From NCBI GenBank assembly GCA_039683575.1, contig JBDKRC010000264.1:1-33680 (forward strand): DNA of 33,680 bases, written 5' to 3'. The notes under the pieces were generated by a model. That model was not told the origin of the DNA. It worked only from the letters and a program-made list of their open reading frames with translations, and did not search any database. Position numbers and translations under genes: made by a program. Below are positions 1 through 10,784 of this stretch, one piece after another (position 1 is the first letter of the stretch; every line of letters starts with the position of its first letter). This DNA comes from Armatimonadia bacterium. GTDB lineage: Bacteria > Armatimonadota > Zipacnadia > Zipacnadales > UBA11051.

Positions 1-123
1 CGGCTTCCGCGACGTCCAATTCTTCATGCTCAAAATACTCCAGCGATGCGGACAGTTGCCCTCGCTGCAGCACGTACTTACGACATGTCAATAGGTTCTA
101 CCCACACTAATTGAGGAAGAGCC
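1..123 (+). mobile_element. Right end of an ISL3-family insertion sequence (truncated by window edge)
   Basis: Frame from nt 2 reads GFRDVQFFMLKILQRCGQLPSLQHVLTTCQ* (stop 92-94), like the ISL3 transposase C-terminal GFRx..F.LKI motif. It is followed by CCCACACTAATTGAGGAAGAGCC (101-123), the exact reverse complement of 33556-33578; a GGCTCT terminus is typical of ISL3. Confidence 0.9.
2..94 (+). CDS. ISL3-family transposase, C-terminal fragment (partial)
   Basis: Manual translation; GFRDxxFFxLKI motif; stops 6 nt before the IR. Confidence 0.85.
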   Translation, partial: GFRDVQFFMLKILQRCGQLPSLQHVLTTCQ

Positions 124-220
124 CCAATGAGAGCAGAAAACCCAATGCGCCGGCCTGCAATACTGTGAGGCCGGCCTGTGTTGTTACTATCGCCACCCGC
201 CGAGGAAACACTTAACCGCA

Positions 221-1900
221 ATGCCCGAACCCACTCAGCAATCGCCCTCAGCCGCTACTTCCGCCACCCGAGGTCTCGCCGCCGCTGCCGCCTTGATGGT
301 CATCACGACCTTTGGCAGCCGCCTGACCGGCATGGTCCGCATGATGGTGCTCACCCACATCTTCGGAGCGACCGGCGAGGTCAATGCCTTCTTTCAGGCC
401 TTCGCCATTCCAGACTTCGTGTATTTCCTGATCGCTGGCGGCGCCCTGCGAACTGGCTTTGTCCCGATTTTCACTGAGTACATCACCCTCGGGAAGTATG
501 AGCAGGCCTGGAAGACCTTTTCGAGCACCTTCTGGACGCTCCGGATCGGCGCGGGCATGCTTATGTGTGCTGGCATGGCTCTGGCGCCACAGTTGACGGT
601 CCTGGTGGCTCCCGGCTGGGCGCAGACCAATCCGGAACTGATGGATCCCTGCACGCGGATGATGCGCATCCTGTTCCCCGCCCAGATCTTCTTTATGCTC
701 GGCGGCCTGATGCAGGGCGCACTCAATGCTCGCAAGCACTTCCTGTGGCCAGGGCTGGGGCCCATCATCTACAACCTCGCAATCATCGCCGGCGCGATCG
801 CTGCTCCCCATCTCGTCGCGGCCGAGAATGTGCATCGCGCAGCGGCGGGGCTCCCGCCATCCAGCGGGGTAGTGTATGTCACCTACTTCGTGCTCATTGG
901 AGCAGTCATAGGCAACGTGCTGGTCCAGATTCCGCCACTAAGAGCCGTGGGGGCCAAACTCGCAGTGCGCCTGGATCTGCATGATGAGGGCATGACCCGC
1001 GTCTTCAAGCTGGCCCTACCGGTCATCTTTGGCCTGGCCATCGGTGAGATCAACTGGATGATCGTCCGAGTCCTGTGTACGCATTTTCCGGGTGGACCAG
1101 CCATTCTTGAGACCTCCAACCGCCTCTGGAAGCTCCCGTCGGGCATCTTCGCAGCCGGGATCGCCATCGCGATCTTCCCGTCCCTCGCCGAGCACTACAC
1201 CCGCCAGGACGAGAAGAGCTTCGTGCGCGACTTCTCCTTTGGGATGCGCAATACCCTGTTCATGATGGTGCCTGCGGTATTGGTCATCGGTTCCATGCGG
1301 ACCCAGATCGTGCGCCTGCTCTTCGAACACGGAGAGTTCAAGGCGGAGACGACGCCTGCGGTGGCGGCTGTGTTGTTCTGGCTGATACCCAGCATGCTCG
1401 CCATGGGCATCTCCTACATCGCGGCTCGGGCGCTATACGCTCGACAGCGCATGTACAAGCCGGTGACAGCCGGTATCATCTCCATCATCTGCTGCCGGGT
1501 CAGCGCCATCTGGCTGATGAAGTACTTTGAACTACCCGGCCTCGCCATGGCGAATACTGTGGGCGACGTTGCCAACGCCGTGATCCTGCTCTACATCCTC
1601 AAAACCCTCGTGGGGAACCTCGACGGCCGTCGCATCGCAATGTCCCAGATCCGCTGTCTGCCCGCGAATATCTTCCTCGTGCTCTCTGGGCTGCTGCTGC
1701 CGTCGCTCGTGGAACAGCACCTGGGGACCCACGGAGTGCTCGCCAAGGGGCTCGCGGTGCTGGTGCCTGCAGGCGTTGCCGTGACTGGCTTTCTGGTCAT
1801 CGCCAGCCTGATGCGGGTGGAGGAGCTTCGCTCGGCAGGCAAGCTCCTGAGCCGGCGCGGCCGCCGGACGGCCGAGCAAGCGCCCGAAGAGAGCGAGTAG
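221..1900 (+). CDS. murJ: Lipid II flippase MurJ (MviN)
   Basis: 559 aa multi-TM protein; SRLTGMVR, AFFQAFAIPDF, GGAL..GFVPIF, RLWKLPSGIF motifs. Confidence 0.95.
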   Translation: MPEPTQQSPSAATSATRGLAAAAALMVITTFGSRLTGMVRMMVLTHIFGATGEVNAFFQAFAIPDFVYFLIAGGALRTGFVPIFTEYITLGKYEQAWKTFSSTFWTLRIGAGMLMCAGMALAPQLTVLVAPGWAQTNPELMDPCTRMMRILFPAQIFFMLGGLMQGALNARKHFLWPGLGPIIYNLAIIAGAIAAPHLVAAENVHRAAAGLPPSSGVVYVTYFVLIGAVIGNVLVQIPPLRAVGAKLAVRLDLHDEGMTRVFKLALPVIFGLAIGEINWMIVRVLCTHFPGGPAILETSNRLWKLPSGIFAAGIAIAIFPSLAEHYTRQDEKSFVRDFSFGMRNTLFMMVPAVLVIGSMRTQIVRLLFEHGEFKAETTPAVAAVLFWLIPSMLAMGISYIAARALYARQRMYKPVTAGIISIICCRVSAIWLMKYFELPGLAMANTVGDVANAVILLYILKTLVGNLDGRRIAMSQIRCLPANIFLVLSGLLLPSLVEQHLGTHGVLAKGLAVLVPAGVAVTGFLVIASLMRVEELRSAGKLLSRRGRRTAEQAPEESE

Positions 1901-1956
1901 GAGCCGTTGGACGGTCTTCTTCCTGCCTATTGCCCCTGCCAAAATCCCGCCGTTTC

Positions 1957-1965
1957 TGGTATAAT
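1957..1965 (+). promoter_or_regulatory. Extended -10 sigma70 promoter for lepA
   Basis: TGnTATAAT (TGGTATAAT) about 70 nt upstream of the lepA ATG. Confidence 0.7.
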
Positions 1966-2036
1966 ATACACGTCCGAAAGCCGCTGATTCCAGGGCCGGC
2001 CTCCGCCGGCCCTTAGCTTGTTACACAGGACGTTAC

Positions 2037-3845
<1,809 letters not shown>

Positions 3846-3907
3846 CCGCGCATCGTCTCGGTGCCCGAGACTTGCCAACCGCTGTCCTACAACTGTCATG
3901 GAGCATT

Positions 3908-4576
3908 ATGTCACGGCTTCCGCTCGCCTCACCCGCTGTTGAGGAGTGCCCTGTTCACGTCAACAATCCCTACACCACGCGCTGGGCGCGGTGCTATGAT
4001 CGCCTGTTCTGCATCCCGCCCTTCACCCAGATTCGCCGTAGCGAGGAGCGGACTCTCGACCAGATGATGGCGAGTACTTTCCGGCCGGGGGATGACGTTC
4101 TGGAGGTCGGGCCGGGAACCGGACGCTATACGGTCGAATTCGCCCGCCGCATCGCGCGCCTCACCGCCGTCGAGCACTCCTTGGAGATGATCACTCAGCT
4201 CCATCGTACTCTCGAGCGCGAGGCCGTGGACAACTGCACCATTGTCCATAGCGATTTCATGCAGGCGCCACTGACACAGCAATACGACGTGGTGGCGATC
4301 ATCGGCGTGCTGGACTACGTCGAAGATCCCGCGACCTTCCTGGGCAAAGCGGCCTCGCTGGCCCGCCGGGAACTGCTCTTTACCACGCCCTACTGCGGCC
4401 TTCTGGCCCATCTGCACCGGATCGGCAATAACCTGCGAGGCATCGCTGTCACCACCTACAACGAGGCTCAGATACGCTCCTACCTTCCTGATTTCGACGT
4501 CGAAATCGCTCCGAGCGGCCTGCACACCTCGCTGTGGCGAGGATTGACACTCGTGTGTCGAGCGACGCGGCCCTGA
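3908..4576 (+). CDS. Class I SAM-dependent methyltransferase
   Basis: VLEVGPGTG motif I; YDVVAIIGVLDY; ATG 3908 preceded by GGAG (start uncertain). Confidence 0.85.
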   Translation: MSRLPLASPAVEECPVHVNNPYTTRWARCYDRLFCIPPFTQIRRSEERTLDQMMASTFRPGDDVLEVGPGTGRYTVEFARRIARLTAVEHSLEMITQLHRTLEREAVDNCTIVHSDFMQAPLTQQYDVVAIIGVLDYVEDPATFLGKAASLARRELLFTTPYCGLLAHLHRIGNNLRGIAVTTYNEAQIRSYLPDFDVEIAPSGLHTSLWRGLTLVCRATRP

Positions 4577-5226
4577 TGGAACATCTGTACGCGGGCCTGC
4601 TGCTGTGGGTCCAGGCCCATGGCCTGCACGGGGTCTTCGTGTTCATGTTTGTGGAGAGCGCGGGCGTCCCCTTTCCAACCGAACTAGGCTTCATCACTGC
4701 CCAGGGCATGCTCGATGCCCATCTTTGCAGCTACTGGACGGCTTACGCCTGGATCGCTATGGGGCATCTGATCGGCTCAGGGGTCAGTTATCAACTGGGG
4801 CGCGCTGGCGACAATGCCGCCACCCGGCGCCTCGCCCACAAACCAGGGGTCGTCGCCGTCCATGAGAAGATGCAGCGGTGGTACGCCAAGTACGGACCGC
4901 TCGCAATTCTATTTGGGCGCCTCGTCGGGCAAGTGCGTCCCTGGAGCTCCTTCGTGGCTGGCCTCGCCCGCGTCCCTGTGCTGCCCTTCTGGCTGTGGAC
5001 CATCGTCGGCACCCTCGCCTTCACCGCCTGCTCCATGTGGGTGACCGCGGTTGGCTATGCCTACTGGCAGGCCCACCGCCAACTCGGCGGGCCGATGATC
5101 GCTGTGATGCTGCTCATCTTCTACGGCTTGCCAGCCTACAAAGGCATTGAGCATCTCGTGAAGCGGCTACGGCGCCGCCGGCTTTCCGTGGCTGAGGTCG
5201 ATGAGAACGGCGCTCCTCAAGCCTGA
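4576..5226 (+). CDS. DedA family membrane protein
   Basis: FVESAGVPFPTE and GRLVGQVR motifs; TGATG overlap with the upstream gene. Confidence 0.9.
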   Translation: MEHLYAGLLLWVQAHGLHGVFVFMFVESAGVPFPTELGFITAQGMLDAHLCSYWTAYAWIAMGHLIGSGVSYQLGRAGDNAATRRLAHKPGVVAVHEKMQRWYAKYGPLAILFGRLVGQVRPWSSFVAGLARVPVLPFWLWTIVGTLAFTACSMWVTAVGYAYWQAHRQLGGPMIAVMLLIFYGLPAYKGIEHLVKRLRRRRLSVAEVDENGAPQA

Positions 5227-5248
5227 CAACCGAGTATACGACGTAACC

Positions 5249-6385
5249 ATGACACCAACCGCCCTCTACCTTCACATCCCCTTCTGCGCCTCCAAGTGCG
5301 CCTACTGCGACTTCAACTCCGTTGTCGCGGGCGCCGATTTGCATGCGCTGTATCTGCGCGCCCTCACAGAGGAAATCGCCCGCACCGGCTCCTTCTATAA
5401 CGAGCGCGTCTTCACCACGGTCTACTTCGGCGGCGGCACTCCGACCCTCCTCGGCCCCCAGGCTCTCTGCCAACTCCTGACCGAGATCCGCCGCCGCTAC
5501 AACCTGAGCCCTGACGCTGAGATCACCTGCGAGGCCAACCCCGGCACTGTCGATGCCGGGAGCCTTGCCATCATGCGCGAGCATGGCTTCAATCGTTTGA
5601 GCCTCGGCGTACAGTCCTTTGATGACGATGAACTTCAGCTCCTCGGTCGTCGCCACGATGCCGCACAGGCACGTCGCGCGCTGGCCGAGGCTCGCGCCGC
5701 TGGCTTCACGAATCTCTCCCTGGACCTCATCAACGCCCTCCCGGGCCAGACGCCTGACGAGTGGGAGGACACGCTGCAGGAGGCTATCGCTTTCCGCCCG
5801 CAGCACCTGTCCTGCTATGGCCTGTCGGTTGAGGACGGTACGCCGCTGGCCGGGCTTGTCGATGCTGGAACGCTTCAGATGCCTGACGAAGACCTCGGTC
5901 CGGTGATCTACGAGCTTACCCACGACCTCTGCAGCGCCGCTGGCTACGAACACTACGAGATCTCCAACTTCGCCCTGGACGGCTATCGGTGCCGGCACAA
6001 CGAGAACTACTGGCGCAACGGCGAGTACGTCGGCCTCGGCGCAGGCGCGGTCAGCTACCTCAACGGGCACCGCATGAAGCACGAGCCGGACTCGCGCCGC
6101 TGGGCTGAGGCGGCCTTGGTCGGCATGGCCCCGACTCTGGTAGAGCGAGAGGCTCTTGACGACGAGCAGCGTGCCGCTGAGACCCTGATGCTGGCTCTCC
6201 GCACGTCCGAAGGCCTCGATCTCAAGCGGTTCGGCCACCAGTTCGACCTCGACCTTTCCCGCTTTGCGGTGCGCCTGAAGGCCCTGAAGGAGAGCGGTCT
6301 CGCGCTGGACCTGCCGGGGAAGCTCGTGCTCTCCCCGGTCAAAGGCTTCTTGCTACAAAGCGAGATCGCGCAGATGTTCATGTAA
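5249..6385 (+). CDS. hemW: Radical SAM heme chaperone HemW
   Basis: LYLHIPFCASKCAYCDF (CxxxCxxC), GGGTPT, YEISNFA, HNENYW; downstream of lepA. Alternative start 5201. Confidence 0.92.
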   Translation: MTPTALYLHIPFCASKCAYCDFNSVVAGADLHALYLRALTEEIARTGSFYNERVFTTVYFGGGTPTLLGPQALCQLLTEIRRRYNLSPDAEITCEANPGTVDAGSLAIMREHGFNRLSLGVQSFDDDELQLLGRRHDAAQARRALAEARAAGFTNLSLDLINALPGQTPDEWEDTLQEAIAFRPQHLSCYGLSVEDGTPLAGLVDAGTLQMPDEDLGPVIYELTHDLCSAAGYEHYEISNFALDGYRCRHNENYWRNGEYVGLGAGAVSYLNGHRMKHEPDSRRWAEAALVGMAPTLVEREALDDEQRAAETLMLALRTSEGLDLKRFGHQFDLDLSRFAVRLKALKESGLALDLPGKLVLSPVKGFLLQSEIAQMFM

Positions 6386-6391
6386 AAGTGG

Positions 6392-6419
6392 GGAGGAACA
6401 ATGGCCTCCCGCCGCGAAT
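6392..6419 (+). promoter_or_regulatory. Sigma-H-like promoter motif
   Basis: GGAGGA-N17-CGAAT upstream of the PKD protein. Confidence 0.55.
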
Positions 6420-6427
6420 CTACATTC

Positions 6428-6456
6428 TTGACAGTATGCGCATCTCTACGCACAAT
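6428..6456 (+). promoter_or_regulatory. Sigma70 promoter
   Basis: TTGACA-N17-CACAAT upstream of the 6504 CDS. Confidence 0.7.
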
Positions 6457-6503
6457 TGAACTGACGCCATGATCTGCGCCGTCCCGGCGCGCCCGAAGAG
6501 GCT

Positions 6504-7679
6504 ATGGTTATGATGCGATTGAGCCCTCGTGCCGCAATTCTCACCGCCCTGCTGCTGCTCTGCTTCTGCGGCGCAGTCTGCGCCGACAGCGAGCTGACCC
6601 TGTACAACGGCAGCCTCGAGAAGGTTAAGCTCACCCCCTGGGGCGCAGGCAAGATCAAGCAGGACAAGACCGAGAAGTTCTTCGAGAAGGACAGCGTCCG
6701 TATTGACACCAAGGGCTTCCACGAGGGTGGCGCGCTTGAGCTCAAGACCGCCACCGAACTCGCCCCCTTCATGCAGAATCAGAAGGGCTCCTACGTGGTG
6801 CTGATGGTAAAGCCCCACGAGCCGCCCGTCGCTCAGCCGGTGCAGCCCGGAATGCCCGGGATGGAGCCTGGAATGCCCGGGATGCCGGGTATGGAGCCCG
6901 GGATGCCAGGCGCACCTGGAATGCCCGGCCAGCCTGGAATGCCCGGCGCTGGCATGCCCGGAATGCCTGGCCAACCCGGTATGCCCGGTGCCGGTATGCC
7001 CGGAATGCCTGGGCAACCCGGTATGCCGGGTGCCGGCATGCCTGGGATGCCCGGCCAACCTGGAATGCCCGGGATGGAACCAGGGATGATGCCCGGTATG
7101 CCCGGCGCTCCCGGCATGCCCGGAATGCCGGGAATGGAGGGTGGGATGGGTGCCGCACAGCAGGAAGCCCCGCCCATCATCAGCAAGATCCGCGTCGTCC
7201 TCGTCACCGATAAGGGACAGGTCTCGTCGCCGTTGGTACCGATTGACGTGACCCAGGAGATCGGCGATGGTTGGTATCGCATGGCCATTCCGTTTGCCAG
7301 GTTCGCCGGCCCCGGCGCTCAGCCCGACGCCCTTCTCAAGCGCGTAGCAGTCTTCGGCGACATTGAAGACTACTTCTGGGTAGGCCGCTTGCAGCTCGTC
7401 TCCGAGGACGCGCCCTTGAAGGCCGACGCTGGCGAGAAGCGCACCGTGAAGGCCAAGCAGGAAGTCACCTTCACCGCCGCCGATCAGGACAATGGCGCCC
7501 CGGCGCGCTATCTCTGGGACTTCGACGACTGGGACGGCATCACCGAGGACATGAGTGGTCGCACCGTCAACTGGAAGTTCATGGAGCCGGGCTTCTACAC
7601 CGTCACACTGACGGTCACCGATCCCGGCAACACGAAGGTCCCGCAGGTGGCCCATGTGGATGTGCTGGTGACCAAGTAG
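6504..7679 (+). CDS. Secreted protein with Pro-Gly-Met repeat insert and C-terminal PKD domain
   Basis: N-terminal signal peptide; about 100 aa of PGM repeats; C-terminal ADAG...YLWDFDD...[12 protein letters not shown]. Confidence 0.85.
   Translation: MVMMRLSPRAAILTALLLLCFCGAVCADSELTLYNGSLEKVKLTPWGAGKIKQDKTEKFFEKDSVRIDTKGFHEGGALELKTATELAPFMQNQKGSYVVLMVKPHEPPVAQPVQPGMPGMEPGMPGMPGMEPGMPGAPGMPGQPGMPGAGMPGMPGQPGMPGAGMPGMPGQPGMPGAGMPGMPGQPGMPGMEPGMMPGMPGAPGMPGMPGMEGGMGAAQQEAPPIISKIRVVLVTDKGQVSSPLVPIDVTQEIGDGWYRMAIPFARFAGPGAQPDALLKRVAVFGDIEDYFWVGRLQLVSEDAPLKADAGEKRTVKAKQEVTFTAADQDNGAPARYLWDFDDWDGITEDMSGRTVNWKFMEPGFYTVTLTVTDPGNTKVPQVAHVDVLVTK
6846..7151 (+). repeat. Coding tandem repeat (PGM)n with 3 x [14 protein letters not shown]
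   Basis: Visible in translation; DNA copies differ at synonymous positions. Confidence 0.95.
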
Positions 7680-7702
7680 ACGCAATCTGAGCAAGCACAA
7701 AC

Positions 7703-7732
7703 AGCCCTCCCTCCGTGGGAGGGCTTTCTTTT
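7703..7732 (+). terminator. Intrinsic terminator
   Basis: AGCCCTCCC-tccgt-GGGAGGGCT followed by TTCTTTT. Confidence 0.85.
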
Positions 7733-7745
7733 ACAGGGGTGGTCA

Positions 7746-9068
7746 GTGGTGACAAGCCTTACTCTTACCGGCGGTCATGTCATGGACCCCGCCTCGGGCT
7801 TCTCGGCCCGGGCAGATGTCTTCATCGCCGACGGCCAGGTCATAGCTATCCGTCCGCCCGGCGAGCAGCCCCCAGTTGGCCAGGCAATCGCCGTTGACGA
7901 CCTCATCGTCGCCCCCGGTTTTGTGGATCTCCACGTCCATCTTCGTGAGCCTGGGCAGACCCACAAAGAGACAATCGCCACAGGCACCCGCGCCGCTGTC
8001 GCCGGCGGCTTCACCACGGTCTGCTGCATGCCCAACACCACGCCCCCGCTGGACCGCCCCGAGCGCATCCGCGAGGTGCAGCAGATCGTCGCTTGCGATG
8101 CCGCCTGCCACGTCCACGTCATCGGTTCGATCTCTCTGGACAACGATCCCGCACGCTTCGCCGACGCTGGCGCACTCAAGGCCTCCGGCTGCATCGCCCT
8201 CACCGACGACGCCTTCCCGCTCGTAACCCAGGAGCAGCGCCGAGAGGCCCTGCAGCGCGCCGCACAGGCCGGCCTGCCGTTCGTCGCCCACTGCGAAGAC
8301 AAAACCATCAGCCACGGCGCCCCCATCAACGAGGGCGAAACCAGCCGTCGGCTAGGCCTTGCCGGCCAGCCGGCTGAAGCCGAGACCGCCAACGCCCGTC
8401 AGTGGCTGCAGCTTGCCGACCTCGGCGCGCGCCTCCATCTCGCCCACGTCAGCACTGCCGGCACCGTCACCGCGCTCGCTGAGGCCCATGAGCAGTGGCA
8501 GGGCCGCCTCTCCGCCGAGACTGCCCCACACTACTTCAGTCTCAACGACGCTGCCGTGCTCCACGCCGGATCAAACGCCAAGATGAACCCGCCCCTGCGC
8601 TCTCAGCAGGACATGGAAGCCGTGCGTCAGGCGGTCGCGGACGGCCTTCTCGCGGCCATCGCCACTGACCACGCGCCTCACACACCGGAGGAGAAGCTTG
8701 AGGGGCACGCAGACACGGCTGAGGCAGTCAGCCGCGCTCCCTTTGGCATCATCGGCCTCGAAACCGCCCTCAGCGCCTCCCTGACCGCCCTGTACCACAC
8801 GGGCCTGATGCCCTTGATGGCCGTTCTCGCTCGTTTCACGGCTGATCCAGCGCGCATCTTCGGCCTCAGCTCCGGCTGCCTCGCGCCGGGCTCACCCGCC
8901 AATGTCGCCATCATCGACCCCAACGCCGAGTGGACCGTTGACGCGAACACCTTCCAGAGCAAGAGCCGCAATACACCCTTCGCCGGGATGAAGCTCAAAG
9001 GGCAGGTCTGGGGCACCATCGTCAACGGCCGCTTCGCCTATCTCGACGGCGAGATCGCTGCCGGGTAA
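7746..9068 (+). CDS. pyrC: Dihydroorotase (type I)
   Basis: DLHVHLREPG, CMPNT, KMNPPLR, ATDHAPH, SKSRNTPF. Confidence 0.95.
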   Translation: MVTSLTLTGGHVMDPASGFSARADVFIADGQVIAIRPPGEQPPVGQAIAVDDLIVAPGFVDLHVHLREPGQTHKETIATGTRAAVAGGFTTVCCMPNTTPPLDRPERIREVQQIVACDAACHVHVIGSISLDNDPARFADAGALKASGCIALTDDAFPLVTQEQRREALQRAAQAGLPFVAHCEDKTISHGAPINEGETSRRLGLAGQPAEAETANARQWLQLADLGARLHLAHVSTAGTVTALAEAHEQWQGRLSAETAPHYFSLNDAAVLHAGSNAKMNPPLRSQQDMEAVRQAVADGLLAAIATDHAPHTPEEKLEGHADTAEAVSRAPFGIIGLETALSASLTALYHTGLMPLMAVLARFTADPARIFGLSSGCLAPGSPANVAIIDPNAEWTVDANTFQSKSRNTPFAGMKLKGQVWGTIVNGRFAYLDGEIAAG

Positions 9069-9118
9069 CACCTGTGTTAGGGGCCACTGCCCCCGACGCT
9101 GTGGGCTCGCGCCGCCGT

Positions 9119-9148
9119 TTGACGCCCGGCAATCTCTTCCGCTATACT
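9119..9148 (+). promoter_or_regulatory. Sigma70 promoter
   Basis: TTGACG-N18-TATACT upstream of the TPR gene. Confidence 0.6.
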
Positions 9149-9185
9149 GCTTCATCAGTCGCCGCCGCTGACCAGGAGCGCGTCC

Positions 9186-9677
9186 ATGTGGCCCTTCCGC
9201 CGTCGCCGCCAGAGTCCCGCGCACCGTAGCCTTACGCAGGCCAACGAGGCCCTGCGCAAGGGCGATTTGCCGTCCGCTATCACGCTGTACAATGAGTTCC
9301 TGCAGGAGCACCCCGAGCACCTCGGGGCCCTGGTCAACCTCGGCACCGCGCTGCACCTCTCCGGGCAGCACTCCCGCGCCATAGAGCGTTTCCAGCAGGC
9401 TCTCTCCCATGATCCCGGGAATGCCAGCGCGTTGATCAACCTTGCGGCAGCCCATGGCGCGCTGGGGCATCTGGACAAGGGTATCCAGACCCTCGTCCGC
9501 GCCCTCGACGTGGCGCCTACAAAGCGTGACCTGCACTACAACCTCGCTGCCCTGTACCTGCGCAAGGGCGAGTTGGCGAACGCCATGGCCGAGTTGGAGC
9601 TTGAACTCGCGCTGCATTCGGACCATAAGCTCGCCTCCCAGACGCTAAACGAACTCCGCCGCCTCCACATGGGCTAG
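9186..9677 (+). CDS. Tetratricopeptide repeat protein
   Basis: Four ~34-aa helical repeats (ALVNLG, ALINLA, LHYNLA). Confidence 0.9.
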   Translation: MWPFRRRRQSPAHRSLTQANEALRKGDLPSAITLYNEFLQEHPEHLGALVNLGTALHLSGQHSRAIERFQQALSHDPGNASALINLAAAHGALGHLDKGIQTLVRALDVAPTKRDLHYNLAALYLRKGELANAMAELELELALHSDHKLASQTLNELRRLHMG

Positions 9678-9694
9678 GCCAAAAGGGGCTGGAC

Positions 9695-10768
9695 GTGGCC
9701 TTGGAACGTCCCCGCAATTCGCTTCTCCGCTATGTCTGGGTCTACGTCTCGCTTCTGGCCGCGCTGGCCTGCGGTGCCGCCTTCGTCTATCTGCTCCTCA
9801 AGCGCTCTGTTCCGCCTGATGCCCGCCTTGTGCTCGAGGTCATTTCTGTTGTCGGCGCCTTCTCCGGGCTGTCAACGGTGGGCTCGGTACTCGGCGGCCA
9901 TCGTCTGCTCGAAGAGGAAGACCCCGCCGAGCCTTTGTCCCTCAAAGAAGCCGGCTGGCTGCTCGGCGTGCCTCCCGGCATCCTGGTCGCACTCCTGCAG
10001 ATTCTGTTCGGGCACCCGGAGCCGGGACATACCTATCTGCAGGTCTACCTCTTCCCGTTCATAATCAGCGGCGCATTCTTCGCACTGCTCTGGGCCGTAC
10101 TCGGTCGCGCTCTTGCTCGCACCGCCGGACTCGGTCTGAGCGAGTATGCCTGCGCGCTCTTCATGCCTCCCGGGCAATACCTCCCGCTCTCCCGCCGCAA
10201 GCGCGCATGGCGCGTCGCCCAGCGGCACCTGCTGCCATCTTTGGAACAGGCCCGCGAGTACCTGCCCGATATCATTCCCGCTCTCGCCTATCGCTTGCAG
10301 CACTCTCGCCGAGACAACGAGAAGAACCTGGTCCTGGCGCTCCTGAGCGATCTTGGTGACGCCTCAGTCGCCCCGGTGTTGCTCGAGACGCTGCACTCCG
10401 AACGCACAGCCCATCGCCGCGCCGCCGCCGTGGCCCTGGGAAAGCTTGGTGTGACTGATGCGGCCCCCGCTCTGGCCGGTCTCGCCGTAGAGGACGCCGA
10501 GCCGTCGGTCCGCCGCTCCGCAGTGGTGGCCCTCGGCAAGCTCCGCGCGCCCGAGGCTCTCCCGGCACTGCAGGCCGCCCTGCAGGACAAGGAAGCTGCC
10601 ATCCGCCAGTCCGCCTGCGTCGCCCTCGGTAAGCTCCGCCTCGATAGCGTCCGCGTACTGCTGCAGACTTGCCTGCAGGATTCGTCCGAAGCGGTCCGCA
10701 AATCCGCCGCCAAAGCTCTGGAGCATCTGGACAGCGACGAAGTGGACGAGGAGAACGGGGAGGAATAG
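9695..10768 (+). CDS. Membrane protein with C-terminal HEAT/PBS-lyase repeats
   Basis: About 4 TM segments, then repeats RRAAAVALGKL / RRSAVVALGKL / RQSACVALGKL. Confidence 0.88.
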   Translation: MALERPRNSLLRYVWVYVSLLAALACGAAFVYLLLKRSVPPDARLVLEVISVVGAFSGLSTVGSVLGGHRLLEEEDPAEPLSLKEAGWLLGVPPGILVALLQILFGHPEPGHTYLQVYLFPFIISGAFFALLWAVLGRALARTAGLGLSEYACALFMPPGQYLPLSRRKRAWRVAQRHLLPSLEQAREYLPDIIPALAYRLQHSRRDNEKNLVLALLSDLGDASVAPVLLETLHSERTAHRRAAAVALGKLGVTDAAPALAGLAVEDAEPSVRRSAVVALGKLRAPEALPALQAALQDKEAAIRQSACVALGKLRLDSVRVLLQTCLQDSSEAVRKSAAKALEHLDSDEVDEENGEE

Positions 10769-10784
10769 GGGAGAGCAGCACTGA

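Noticed and set aside
85-91. TTGACA on the minus strand as a promoter
   Set aside because: No -10 box at suitable spacing; it lies in the transposase coding end.
1897-1916. GTAGGAGCCGTTGGACGGT as a REP overlapping the murJ stop
   Set aside because: Only a 5-bp imperfect stem; too weak to call.
6846-7151. Periodic DNA resembling a CRISPR array or collagen
   Set aside because: No unique spacers, in-frame coding repeat, no cas genes; the Gly-X-Y register is repeatedly broken.
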